From the human T2T-CHM13v2.0 reference genome, Homo sapiens, in the NCBI RefSeq assembly GCF_009914755.1, contig NC_060931.1: a stretch of 64,000 bases of DNA; one strand, written 5' to 3'. Made by a program: the position numbers and the translations under genes. The notes under the pieces are model-generated. The model saw nothing but the letters and a program-made list of their open reading frames with translations. It did not search any database and was not told the DNA's origin. Below, one piece after another: positions 41,915 through 56,970 of this stretch (position 1 is its first letter; each line of letters opens with the position of its first letter).

Positions 41915-43995
41915 TTTAAGAGCAATTTTAGGATCACAGAAAAAATAAAAAGAAGGTAGGGATACACGCCAGATATTTCCTATGTCCACTCCTGCCTAGC
42001 CTTTCTCAATGTTAGTATCCCTCACTGGAGTGGAACACTTGTTATAATTGATTCACCTGTATTCACACATCATTATCACCCAGAGCCATACTTTACACTG
42101 GGGTTCCTTCTTGGTGTTGCGCATTCTGTGAGTTTCAAAAAATGTATAACGACATTTATCCATCACTATGGTATCATACAGAGTGATTATGTATCATACA
42201 GGGTGTTTTCACTGTCCTAAACATCCTCTGTGTTGAGCCAATGCATTCCCCTACTGCCCCTCTACCTCTGGAAATCACTGATGTTTTACTGCTTCCATAG
42301 TTTTGTTTTTTCCGCTCTGTCATGTAGGTAAAATCATACAGCATATGATAATAAGTAGCCTACTCAGATTGGCTTCTTAGTAATACACATTTAAGTTTCC
42401 TCCGTGTCTTTTCATGGTTTAATAGCTTATTGCTTTTTAGCACTGAATAACATTCCATTGTCTGGATGTACCACTGTTTATGTCCTCTTTCACCTTCTTA
42501 AAGACATCTTCATTACTCTCAAGTTTTGGTAATTATGAGTAGAGCTGCTATAAGCATACATAAGTAGGTTTTGCATGGACTCCTTTCAGTAAATATCAAG
42601 GAGTGTAATTGTTAGATTAGATAGTAAGAGTATGTTTTGTTTCATAAGAAACTGCCAAAATGTTTTCTAGCGTGGCTATAACACTTTGCATTCCCACCAG
42701 CAATAAATGAGAATTCTTGTTCCACATCCTCCTCAGTGTTCTGAATATCAGCCATTCCCACAGGTGTGTAGTGGGATCTCACTGTGGCTTTCATTTGCAT
42801 TTACCTTATGACACATCAATTTCAGTATCTTTTCATACATTTATTTTCCATCTGCATATCTTCTTTAACGAGGTGTCTGTTCCATTCTTTGGCTCATCTT
42901 TTGTGTTTTTTTTTATTGTTGAGTTATAATAATTCATTGTATATTTTTGATAACAGTCCTTTATCAGATATATTACTTGCAAATACTTTCTTCCAGTTTG
43001 TGGCTTGTCTTCTCATTCTCCTGAGAGTATCATTGAAAGAGTAGAAGTTTCTAACTTTAATGCAGTTCATATCATCAATCATTTCTTAAATGGATTGTGC
43101 CTCTGGTGTCATAACTAAAAAGTCATCACCAAACCCATGATCATCTAGATTTTCTTCATGTTATTCTATGTGAATTTTATAGTTTTGCATTTTATATTGA
43201 GATATGTTGCCTATTTTGAGTTAATTTTTGTGAAAGGTGTAAAGTGTGTCTAGATTCATATTATTGCAAATGGATATCTAGTTGTCTCATCACCATTTGT
43301 CGAAAAGACTACCTTTTCTCCATTATAATGTCTTTGCCCCCTTGTTAAAAATTAGTTGACTGTATTTATGTGAGTCTATTTCTGGGTTCTCTATTTTCTT
43401 CTATTGATCTATTTGTCTATTATTTCATCAATATTATGCTGTCTTGATTCCTATAAACTTATAGTGAGTTTTGAAATCAGGTAGTGTCAATTCTGAAACT
43501 GTTTTTCTCATTCAATATTGTGTTGGCTTTTCTGGGTCTTTTGCCTCTCCATATAAACTTTAGAATAGTTTGGGTCAATATCCACAAAACATTTTGCTGA
43601 GATTTTGATTGGGATTGCATTGCATCTGTAGACCAAGTTGGGAAGAACTGACATCTTGTTAATATTGAGTTTTCCTATCCATGGATATAGCATATCTCTC
43701 CATTTATTTAGTTCTTCTTCAATTTCTTTCATAGGTTTTGTAGTTTTCTTTATATAGACCTTGTAAATATTTTGTTAGAATTATACCTAAGTATTTCATT
43801 ATTTTTGTTTTGCTGGTAGAAATGATACTATGTTTTTAATTTCAAATTTTACTGTTCATTGCTAGTATATAGGAAAGCAGCTTGCATCTGTATATTAACC
43901 TTGTATCCTATAACAGTGAAATAGTGGTATATTAGTTTCAGCAGTTTTTTTGTTGATTTGTTTTTGTGTTCTACATAGCTGATTATCATCTGCAT
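41915..43995 (-). mobile_element. L1MC-type LINE 3' portion
   Basis: Antisense L1MC 3'UTR (cattatcacccagagccatac...). ORF 43508-43732 (KWRDMLYPWIGKLNINKMSVLPNLVYRCNAIPIKI) is an L1 ORF2 C-terminal remnant. Confidence 0.9.
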
Positions 43996-44385
43996 TTAAT
44001 CCAGTTAGTAGCTCTACAGTGTTGCATGAATGCCTCCAACTTATTTTGTAGTCAAATCTTTGATATCATTGCTAAGATTCCAAATCAGATGAAACATATT
44101 TTCTCATAAATGCTTCTCTTCAGAAAATTCTTTTTCTTAGAATCACAATGTTTTTAAAAAATACATTATCACATTATGTTTCTCTGATATTCATCAGTTA
44201 TTTCAACTGAGATGCATTTTGAAGACTATTAATAGTTTCCTTATTACCATCTCTCTCTAAATTTCCAAGATCTGCCTAGGTGTGTATTTCTTTATATATA
44301 CAATGTACCCATTGGTAAAGTTTTTTTTTAATTTTGAAATCTTAACTTATTCTTTGACTTTGTGCTGTTTTCTTCTCTTATGTAC

Positions 44386-44762
44386 TAATATGATTTGGCT
44401 GTGTCCCCACCCAAATCTCATCTTGAATTGCAGTTTCCATAATTCCCACGTGTCATGGGAGGGACACATTGAGAGGTAATTGAGTAATAGGGGCAGTTTC
44501 CCGCCTACTATGCCTGAGATACTGAGTAAATTCTCACAAGATCTAATGCTTTTATAAGGGACTTCCTCCTTCACTCAGCTGTCATTCTTCTCTCTCCTGC
44601 TGCTTTGTGAACAAGTATATGTTTGCTTCCCCTTCTGCCATGATTGTAATTTTCCTGAGGCCTCCCATTCCTGTGGAACTGTAAGTCAATTAAACCTCTT
44701 TCCTTTATAAATTACCCAGTTTCATGTATGTCCTTATAGCAGCATGAGAACAGACTAATCCA
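44386..44762 (+). mobile_element. THE1C/D solo LTR (MaLR)
   Basis: taatatgatttggctgtgtccccacccaaatctcatcttgaattg...cagactaatcca with a perfect 5-bp TSD tgtac (44381-44385, 44763-44767). Confidence 0.93.
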
Positions 44763-45179
44763 TGTACTGATTATTCACCCCCTAATGTTAGCCCTGTAAT
44801 ACCTATCACAGCTATTGCAAAGCTCTTGCTTATTTTTGCAATGACTCCTTTCTGTTTGCTCATGACTCTTTTTTTGTTCTTAACATATAAGTTTTCCAGT
44901 TGAATCTCTTCTGGACTTGTTTTTCAGTGTATTCAGTGTGTATCTAAATGCCTTCATTGCACTTATTTTTTGGAGGTAATATTTTCTAATCTCAGTTTGT
45001 TCTCTCTACATTAATGAAAAGTCTACTTGTATATGATATTTGGGGAATGTTCTACACATTAAAAACACTACTTATTTGCATCAAAGTCTCAAAAACAATC
45101 AATAGAAAATGATTTTTGGAATAGTATATGTTAAACCGATGTATATGTTATCTGTCATTTCTGCTCATTAACTTGTAAA

Positions 45180-46250
45180 ATTATCACTCTGGCTTCTGTG
45201 AGGAGAATGGACTGAAGGGGGCAGAACCGGAGGTGGGAGGCAACTGAGCCAGTTGTCAAAATTAATAAAGTGGGGAAGGATGCTGATCTAGGCTGTAGAG
45301 GTGGGAGTAGCAACAGAAATGACATCATTTTAAAAATGTAAATAAAACTGGTAAGACTTAGTGGTGGATTAAACTATGACTGGAAAAAGGAAAGCAACAT
45401 GAAGAATGACTCTGTGTGTGTGTTTGAATTTTAACACTGGGTTGAGAAAGTTGCCTTTCCCTAAAATGTAGAAGTAAAAGGGGAGCAGGTAAGCAAAAGA
45501 TCAGGAGATTAATTCTGAACACCTTACATGTGAGGCACAGGTTGCACAACCAAGAGGAAATGTCAAATTGGGAGTGAGAAGGAGCATTCAAGGTTTCCAG
45601 AGAAATTCAGGCTGGAGTTATAAATTGGGAAGTTATTGGTGTATAAATGATAGAAATAATGAATGCCATTGCTAATATCTGCTGAGTATCAAGGCACTGT
45701 GCTAAGTCCTTTACATGTATTATCTCAATTAATACTCAAAATACCTTTTAACCTAAAGGTTAATATCAAATCCATTTTACAGATGATGAATCTGAGACAC
45801 AAAGATTTTACAGCACCTAAGTAACTGTCAGGATTCAACTCTGACTCTGACTAAAGGCTCTGCAGGCAAAACCACTGCATTTCACTTATAGTACAGCAGG
45901 AGAGGGAATAAAATAGGGCACAAGACTTAATGCTAAGCAACTTGGCCTTTAGAAGACGAGCGAATAAAAATAATAAGTAAAGGCAGCTAGGAATTCCTGA
46001 CCAGAAGAGTAGTTATGTAAACTAAGAAAAAGAAACTTCAAGAAGGAAGTGATGTTTACCTGTTTCTATGGGTGTTAAGCTGTGTGGTAAGATGAGAACT
46101 GAAAGTGTCCATGAACCTGGTAATAAAAGGTCCACAATGCTCTCAGCCAGGGTAGTCTTGATGGGCATAGAAAACCAGATTGAAATGGGTGAGAGGCAAG
46201 ACGGCAGAGTGTGGTCACTCACTGGACATGTCCTGTGCTTCAAACACATA
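45180..46250 (-). mobile_element. L2 fragments with a nested MIR (~45655-45880)
   Basis: ggctggagttataaattgggaagttattggtgtataaatg is L2. ccattttacagatgatgaatctgagacaca is the antisense MIR core. Confidence 0.7.
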
Positions 46251-46699
46251 GATATGACAGATTAAGTTTAAAATAATAAAATAAAATAATAATAATAAAA
46301 CTAAAAAAGGATAACAGAAACAAGAATAGAATAGAAATGCAAACATCAGGGCTAAGATTCTGAGCATAATGTGTCCCGGTCCCAGGAAACTAAAGCTATC
46401 ACTTGGGATGAAGAAGAGGACTAGCTTCGAGACTTGTAACTAGGGGCTAGGGTTTGCCATTCTACTATCTAACTGGCTGATCTCAAAAAGAGAAGAAAAT
46501 AATCCCATGTCCATTTCAGACAAAGAGCTAAAAGGCTTTAGAAAGCAAGCCCAGGGAAAAGGGTAGCTTTTTCACTAGGAATTCAAGGAAGCCACAGATA
46601 GCTCTATAATTGTCTCTGCACAGGGTAAAGCACTTAATTTGCCTTGTGAACACACAGTTAGACTGAGACTTGGTACACCATATGGAAGTAGCTGTGAAA

Positions 46700-49330
46700 A
46701 CATTAGCTAAGAAGAGATTCACATGGATGGAAATGAACAAAAAGAGATAGAAGAGTTCACTGAGAATACAATTGATATTAAAAAGATGGAAATATGTGAA
46801 AGAGCAATTAAGAGACATGGAAGAGAACCAGCAGTCCCCAATATACCTCTCAGAGCAGTTCTAAAAATAGAAGAGTGAGAGAATGAAGAGAAAGGTGGAG
46901 AGGCAATATTTGAAGAAACAAAAAATCAGAACTTTAGTGAAAATGGTCATGAGGCTATAAATTAAAAAATATACTAGCAGCACTGAACACGAAACTACAT
47001 AAGGAGGCAGTTGTAAAAAATTACCACAAATAATTGACAACCTTCACAGATATGTCAATTAGAATTATAGCACAATTCACACTAGCAATAATAAAGCCAA
47101 AAGATGAGTTAGTAAATATATACAGAACACTGAACAAAAACAACTATTACCTAAATTTTAAAATCTGTCGTACCAGCATAAAAGAGTAAGGAAAAATAAA
47201 CAGATTTTTCAGCACAGAGAGACAAATATAATTTAACACAATAGAAATCTTTATTGAGAGAACAAGTAAGGAAAATGCTTCAACAAGTAATAAACTATAC
47301 CCAGAAAAAGAAAAACTATGGGACTCAAAAAAAATTGTTTTTAAATGTCAGTAAATTTAATTATTGAGTATAATTCTAATATCTTTTTAAAATGTAAAGG
47401 TAAACTTTAAAATGAGGATGGACATGCTTAGAGGGAATTTAAATATTCTAGAGAATAGAAAAGGATGCTTTGAAAAAGTCTCATCTTTGCTAAAAACGTT
47501 GTAAGTATAGTTAAGTATGCATGTTTGAAAATGTTTAAAAATATTAAAAGAACAAACATAAAAAATTTAGCTTTAAAGTGAACAGAATTAACAGAATAGA
47601 AAACAACTCAATGAACTGAAAAAAGGCATAAATATTTTAAAAAACAAAAGAAAGTAATGAAAAATAATGGTAGACATAAAACAATGCAAGATGGTAAAAC
47701 ATATATATTTTTAAAAAACATAACAAATAAAAATGTATTACCTTCACTCTGGCCTAAAGCTAGTTGTCTTCCACAGCCTTTTACTTCTTCCTGAGTTTTC
47801 ACCATCCATTTAAAAGCATGCAGCTAAGTATAGCCATGTAACCAGGCCCTGGCCAATGGTATACAAACATAAATGCTGTTTGTTCCTCCAGGGTCTTTTT
47901 AAAACCCATGTCCTGGAGGATTCAATCCTGTCTGCTGGCTGGAAATGGTAATGACTGGAGCAATCTATGAAGCTATGTGCTGAGGGTAGAACAGCCATGA
48001 TATTACTGAATCCCTGGGTGACCTTGTGGAGTGAAGCCTACCTGGCCCTAGAATGTTACATGAAAGAAGTAATCTTCTATCTTGTATAATCTAGTGAACT
48101 TTGATTCTCTTTGTTATAGCATATTAGCTTTTACCCTACCAAATTTACTTACACATTAAAAGTAAGAGGTAGAGATATTGATTGGGTTAAAAATCAAGTC
48201 ATAAACTGTTTATAAAAACATCATACAATAATGCCACACAGAAACATTGAAAATAAGTGGATGAAAATTTGCATTCGAATACAAAACAAAAATAAAGATA
48301 GTGTGTCAATATTAATATCAGACAAAATTTAAGTCAGAAATCTTACTGGATAAGCCATTTGAAATTTTGAAAAAGCAATCTGGTGAAAATATATAAAATA
48401 ATGAATTTGTGTGTACCCAGTAACCAACTGAAACTACAGTAAAAACTAAACTAGATATTATAAAATACCTGGATTTAAGCTGGATATTATAAAATATCTA
48501 CTTTCATCAGAAGCTACAAAATTAAGCTCACAAATATAAATAAGGGTACAAAAATATGAAAGCTAAAATCAACAAGCATGATCTGATAAATATATAGAGA
48601 CCTCATGAGCTATTAGGTACATATATATGCATTTCAAGTATTTGTAAAACAATAAAGTATGCCCAACAAAATTTCAAAGATCCAAAATCATGTTGATCAT
48701 ATTATTTAATTATAAAGTGGTAGGAACAAAGAGGACAATTAACAACTCTAATTTTTCAATTTAATAAACATTAACAAGCGTGTAATGTGATAATTTAACA
48801 AATGGTACAATAGAATGAGAGAAAAATCTGAATAATTATAGCTAAAATAATTAATAACACAAAAATATTGTTTTAGAAGATAAGCAAATAATAAAATATG
48901 TTACAAAATTTAAAATATTAATCTCTGAGGTAACTAAAATAAAAAAAGAGATAACAGGCATACATATTAAAAATGGGAATACAATGCCACTACATACAAT
49001 ATAGTAAAATAGCAGTAAAATGAAAATATTCTAGGTATAACATAAATTCCAAATAAATAACTTGAGGACTTTTTGTATTGCAAGACATGCCTAAAAGAAA
49101 ACAATGAACAGGAATAATCTTTGTATTTATATATATTAGACAAAAGGGAATGCTACATAAAATGGAAAATGAAAACATCTCATATATTGTTGACAAACAG
49201 AAATGAGTCCAGCCAGTTTGAGGGCAATTTGACAATCTTAAATATTAATGTCCTTTGAATTAAGTCCAGTTTTTTATTACCAGTTGACTCATTATTTTAA
49301 ACATAACAAAGCTCAAATGTCCTGAATGAG
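46700..49330 (+). mobile_element. Highly decayed L1M fragments (ORF1 to early ORF2) with a nested MLT1I/J-like LTR (~47780-48145)
   Basis: gaggcaatatttgaagaa and gtcaatattaatatcagacaaaat are L1 motifs. ccatgtaaccaggccctggccaatgg...tttgttatagca is MLT1. Confidence 0.6.
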
Positions 49331-50352
<1,022 letters not shown>

Positions 50353-51066
50353 TGCCAAGTTTCTTTAAAATGATGTGCTAAACATTAATAAAGTTTCAAC
50401 ATAAATAAAGAGCACATACAGTTGATGGCAAAGAACAAACAAGAAGTATAATATAATACAGTAATCACCTAGCAAACAAGAAGCTGAGCGCACATGTTCT
50501 AGAATGTTAGAAGTAGGGCAGATGGAACATCCTTTGAAAAATAGGTTCAAGGCTTATAATGTTGGTAAAGTGATGGATGTGTAAAATAGGACTTGCTCTT
50601 CAATTCCCAACTACAGTCTGTGAGACTTACCTAATGCTAAATTGAAGTTTTAATGACTAGACATTGATTGTATTCTTTATACCTCTTTCTGTAATCTTGT
50701 CCTGAAAAGGCACTAGTGAGAATAACATGTAATTTCAATGTAGTTGAAAGTCTCAGTTAGAGTGTTGATCTGTGAAAAGATGTAAGGGACAGTCCTACAT
50801 AAATCACCTATTCTAGTGAAGCATATACTTACTATCGAATCATTGTCTAGGTTCAAATATTCAGATGTTAGTTTTCTATTCCTGCTACTTAACTGATTTT
50901 TCTTCAGTATTTAACAGCAGGGTAAGACACTGATTCGTACTTTCCACAACTTAGTTAATATGACTAAAAGAAGCAGGGAGAAACAGGGTTCCCTGTAAGA
51001 AGTAATCAAAAAATAAGCATATGATGTCATGTAAAAGAACGTAACTATGTCGAATGAGTGTCATAC

Positions 51067-51714
51067 TCTTCCCAGACCAAACTGAGGTTGGGCTGCTATT
51101 TCTCGTGGCCCAATAATGAGATGCAGATGAACCGGGGAGAAAAAGAGTTTTTATTTCTGCAACTGGTTACAGGGAGAAGGCCTGGAAATTATCACCAGAC
51201 TAACTCAAAATTACAAAGTTTTCCAGAACTTATATACCTTCTAAGCTATATGTCTATGTGTAAGTGTGCATTCTCTAAAGACATAGGTAGTTAACTTCTT
51301 TTAATCTCTAACTAAGGTCTGAGTCCTGAAGAGCTTCCTCTGGAACCTCAGTAAACTTACTTAATCTAAATGTGTTAGGTCCTGGGGAGATCACCCTTAT
51401 CTTGTCTCCTACTAAATCATGAAGGTCTGGGGAGTTCCTTCAGACTCCCAATACGCTTGTTTGTGGAGTCCTGGGGAGTTTCTTCAGACCCACAATAAAA
51501 CTTATTTAATCCTAAATGGGTTTTGTTAAGAATTCCTTTGTTATTTTGTCATGATTTAAGGCCCAGGAAAGGCCTAGGCAAAACTCTTGGTTGGCTTTTG
51601 TTACAGCCCAGCCTTTGCATAAGGGCACGGGTTTTTAATATTTAACTTAACCATTCAGTCAGTACTGAAACAGTTGTTATGGAGGCCTGCATTAGTGAGA
51701 CCTGGCCTGCCACA
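51067..51714 (-). mobile_element. 3' LTR of the provirus
   Basis: Preceded on the minus strand by the purine tract gacagtggggat. TATATAA at 51230-51236 and AATAAA at 51150-51155, both minus strand. Confidence 0.9.
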
Positions 51715-53856
51715 ATCCCCACTGTCAATTTGTGCATGATTTCTTTCAGGTTTGTATATTTATTTGTCATGAGAATTGTAGGGAGATGGGGCATCATAAT
51801 CTTTCTGGCTACTTCCTGCTGAGAGTGGGGGTCATTGTTATGAGGTACCACACACATCGCTGGAGTGGGAGAGGTTGATTTGTTCCCAGTAGCACTCTCT
51901 GTTTTGGGGACTTAGAGGCAGCACCTGCTGAAACATAATAGTATGCAACAGCAACACATATAAATAGGATGCTGCTGTTTTCTTCTGAAGTTTAAGCTGT
52001 CTAGTCTTCAGTTCACAGGGATTTAAGAAAGCACAGCTTAGGTTTCAGTAATTTCAAATTAGGATAAATGTGGAAAAAGGAAAAGAAAAAGAAATGAAAA
52101 CATTATTTTGGAGATTTGTAGCCAGAAAAATTAGAATTTAACCCAAACTGTAGAAAATAATAAAAGTTGAAAAACATCAGGCAAGACTAGAATTTAACAA
52201 TAGGTGTACTATAGTTTTTGAAACATAATTTTCCCCTTTCCAGTTTCCCATTTTTATTAAAAGACAAATCATGGTAGGACTAGCTTGCTTTATTATACTT
52301 GGCTTCATTATTTGTATATAGTGCAGCAAGAATAATTATTTTTCACATAGGCCTTTTAAATTCACTTTGATGGAGCTTTGTTCCATGGAAGGAATCTAAG
52401 ATAAGATCTTTTTAATGCTGAGCCCAGTCATGGATTTGTACCATCAAATACCTATGAGTTGGGTGGATTCCTCTCTTCTTGAGGTTCCAAGATAACTTGG
52501 GGTTTCTGGCTTGTCAGAAAGTGACATTCTTTAATTATCACAGATCAGAAACCCTGTACAGGGACTGTGTACACAAAATACAAGGCCAGTTTTCCAAGGA
52601 CTTTCTTGGCTTCATAAGTCTAGTTTGATTCTTTAAAGGAGGGCATACCATTCCCATCAAAGCCTTGGCAAAATAACCAGTTTTTTCAATTGTGTCCTCT
52701 TTCAAAAGAAAACAGATCCTTATTGCACTTATGCAAATAACCATATTGCCATAAATTAAGAATACTCACAAATAACTTCCAAATTCTAGAGAAAATAGTT
52801 AGAGAGAAATAAATATGCTTCAAATTTTGTTCATAGGCATATACTTGTCAAAAGCGGTTAATAGCTCAAAAGAAAAGTCTTTGACTCTGAAAAGCAAAAC
52901 AAAGGATGAGCAACATTTAAGCAAAATATCAAAATGATCACTTCAGTTTCCTATTAGTTCAGTTCATGCATTTAATTCCTGTCCTGCTTGATATTAATGA
53001 ACATTTTAGCTCTTCAAGAGTCCTGAATATTTTTCCCCTATTCTGATGTCACAATCTCCAAAATTATCAGAAATCTGCATTCAAGTGCACCTGTGAGAGC
53101 TTTATAGCTGATTATAAAGCCACCTTCTAAAGAGGACCAAAACAAGACAACTGTTTATGAATGACAAAAAGTTTTAGGGTAGCCATCTTTAAAGACACAA
53201 TTGACAAGAATATCTGTTACCTCTGTGGCACACAATAATTTAACATAACAATTATAATTATTACTGGTAACATACACTAAGATACATCAGAATTATAGGC
53301 GTTTCACATGATTTGGGGACACATATCAGTAACATATTACACTAATACAGCCCAAAGAAAGCCAAACATGATTTCATATTTGACAATGCTTCCTGTAAAA
53401 TTTTTATACCAAGTAACCCAAATTTCACCTTCACATTAGTGTACTATTAATGTTAAACCCAATTCTTAATAAAACCTTACAGACCTATTTACCCAATTTT
53501 AATGTTTGACCATAAGTAAGATTTTCATAGACCTTTTATAACCCTTTACAATTTTTTTAAAGAGGATGTTAGTGCTCTAAGAGAAATCTGGTGTATTTTT
53601 ATTTTAATGCTCAATTTACAGGAAAAAAAAAATGGATGATAACCCTTTAACTTTAGCCAATATGTTTACACACAGAACTTCCTTTACAATCAACCTTCCA
53701 CAACTTGCTTAAACTTCAGCTTTATTTTATCCAACTTAAAATAAACCTTTAAACTTCAGGCAAAAAATCCACATTCTCATACTTCATTATAATCTTTTTA
53801 CCAAAAGTATATTTTACTTTCTTTACACACCTTGCATGTAGACTGTTTCTTCAATA

Positions 53857-53860
<4 letters not shown>

Positions 53861-53887
<27 letters not shown>

Positions 53888-54170
53888 GAAACAGAGTTTC
53901 ATTCTGTCGCCCAGACTGGAGTGTGATGATGCTATCTCAGGTTCAGGTCACTGCAACCTCAGCCTCTTGGGTTCAAGTTATGCTCCTACCTCAGCCTCCC
54001 GAGTAGTTCGGACTACAGGCACCCACCACCACGCCTGGCTAAATTTTTTTTGTATTTTTAGTAGAGACGGGGCTTCACCATGTTGGTCAGGCTGGTCTCG
54101 AACTCCAGACCTCAGGTCATCAGCCCACCTCAGCCTCTCAAAGTGCTGGGATTACAGGCCGCACCCAGCC
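53861..54170 (-). mobile_element. AluS inserted in the proviral internal region
   Basis: Long poly-T and antisense dimer with a small deletion near its 5' end. Diverged TSD caatagctctt/cagtagttctt. Confidence 0.93.
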
Positions 54171-56947
54171 CAGTAGTTCTTAAATACGTGTTACACTGTT
54201 AACTCTTAACAACCTTTACTTTTGGTGAAAACCTTGTTAAGTTTGGCGCTTTCATTATGTACTAGATGTGGGGCCTAGGACCTTGACAGAAGTGCAGATA
54301 AGGTCTGACTTATTCTAGTGTTTAACTCCATGTGTTCCAGGTCTTACCTAGCTGTAAAGCAGGCAAGTTGTACAGCTAAGAGTCATAGTGGTATTTTATA
54401 AAGCATTTAGGAGGTCTAATTACCTTTAAATTGTGCAATATTTCTTGCATAAATCCCCTTTCATAAATTCTTTCATGACTGCACAGACAAGCTATGACAT
54501 GCCTTGACTTTCTGACTTCTGACAACATGCCTCTTTTTAAACAACCAGTTATTTTACTTTAGGACAAGAAATTACCATACAAGATCCTTTCTTATACAAA
54601 ATCTCTTTTCTTTAATACCTTTTTGCATAGCTAGGGGCATGGTTAATTTCATATGTCCCCAGGACTTATCTAGAATTTAACACTCCAAAATAAATTGGAC
54701 AATTTTTAAGTCAAAGAAGCAGTTTATGACCTAAAGCATTAGCAAACCTAATATTTGACCTGCATAATTTAGACTAAATGTTTACATTTTTTGAAGATAT
54801 TTTTATTTTACCAATAATCTTTGAAACTCTCTTTATTTTTATAACTTTCTTTTACATTGTTTTATATATAGCCTTTAAATAAGTTTTGAATTAGACAAAA
54901 GTTAGTTCCCTTTCAAAAGGACACAGTTTTTAGAAAGACTGTTTTCCTAAAATATATTTTATTGGAAAATACCCAAATAATGAAATGTCAGTTGTTTAAT
55001 TTAATATAGCTTTAAATTCTAAATTATGACAAATTTATGAGTGTCCCATTACATTTATCTAATTATATATTTTAATCATTTACCTAGATTATTTATGAAA
55101 ACCATGACAGTCATCATTTAAAGTTATGAAACCACCATTGTAATATTAAAACTGAGACAGTGAAAATGATCCCACCTAAATGACTCCATCTTATTTCTAA
55201 CCTCCAAGCTGTTCTTGTTCATTAACTTAGTTTATAGTTTAGCTGTGAAACAAAAATGATAACAATCTTTTCCCAGAAAAACTTTCTTTATGTCTTTGGA
55301 CGAGACTTCCTAAGGCCACAAGATTAGAAGTTAGGGTATTTTACTAAATAATTTAAGAAGTAGTTATCTTCATTAAACCAATATTAATATTTTATTTATT
55401 AAAAATTATACAAGCAAAGATCATTCTGTTTTGGGCTGAGTTATAGTTATAGTGCCAAATTTTGACACCTTATAGTATTTGGCAGGGATAAGTATGCAAT
55501 TGCCTGATCAATAAATGCAAACAAAAATGTATACTGGTAATTTTAAGATATGTCTAATATTACTTTACCAATGATTTTAAAGCTAGCTTATTTATTAAAG
55601 ATTTTACTTAAGTCACATAAAGTTGAAAAGGATTTGACTAGTTTTTCTTTTTCTGTTAAAGTATTTAAGCACTTTTATTTTTCTTTGAGCCAATTAATTA
55701 GAACTCTTTCATATATTTTCCGTAGTAAAACATGGTCTACACAAGACATAAATACATAGACGTATTAGGCATGCCAATAGAAGTACATTTTACAGATTCA
55801 TAAGACTTCCTTTTTCCTATCTTAGACTTGCAAACTCTTGATAACCTGGTTTATTACTCTGGAATTTGTCAACTAAATAGCCCTAAATCTGCATATTAAA
55901 AGAAACAACTCTTAGGGGAAAAATCAAATGGCAAGATTTACATCTCAAGGTACACAGAGAAAATGTCTGGGTGGTGCTAGAGGGAGATTAAAGATGGATG
56001 CCAAATCAAACATAAAATTATAGAAATTTATCATAGGACTGTGTAAGGAGCCTAACTTTATTTTGATATTGACTACCTACCCTTTAACTGGATCTTTAAG
56101 CACTGGGCAAAGCCCACACTGAATCCTGGGTTTTCAAAAAGGGAGAATTATTATGAGGCTGGACCATGTGATACTTTTACAGTACACTTAAAAAAATTTT
56201 TTTTTCCAAACAAAGACATTTCTAAGTGTCCAAATTACACTTTTTCTTAGAAACCCCAGAGGAGCTTCTGTTGTAATAGCTATTAATGAAGAAAACAGAA
56301 TTCAGTGAACTAAGAAGAAAAAAAACTTTTGCTCAAAAAAGACAAGGTGCTAGGAGAGAAATAAACAAAACAAAAACAAAAGCGTGAAGGCTTTTTAAAT
56401 ACAAACATGCACACATAAATACACACATCTTGGATGTTAGCTTTTAATGAAGCTGACTTTTAATCACTGATCCACTAAAAAAAATATTTTTCCTTCCCAG
56501 AGACCTCTCAACAAGGATTAACCCAATATCTCCCATTTTCAAGTTTACATGGTATCAAAAGGAATAAGACAGATACATAAACAAATGGAGACAAATTTTG
56601 GACAACACAATGGGGAGTGCACTCAGGCAACTCAAAACCAACTCAAAATCTGATTTCAACCAAAATGCAAAGCAGGTGGTATTGCTTCCCTTGGTGGTAC
56701 TGGACAAATGGCTTAGCCTAGACAGGAAAACAATAGGCTCCCTACATATGCTCGATTACCTCATCCTTTGACCAAATCTGCTCCTGATCTCTGTTCTTTC
56801 CCAGTAGTGAAAGGGACGTGCAATTTTGTGCACAGAACACCCCTTGGGAGAGTCCCTGGGGAAAATCTCACTGGCAGCTGCTGGGATCCTCCTGAAGACT
56901 ATCTCATTACAAGCCACTGGCCACTGAACACAGCACTGTCCCAGTCT

Positions 56948-56965
56948 CTTCTGGCTGCCATGCCA
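56948..56965 (-). other. Primer-binding site, tRNA-Arg-like
   Basis: Minus strand TGGCATGGCAGCCAGAAG matches the recalled tRNA-Arg PBS TGGCGAGCCAGCCAGGAG at 14/18, 5 nt from the LTR end. Confidence 0.7.
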
Positions 56966-56970
56966 AATTT

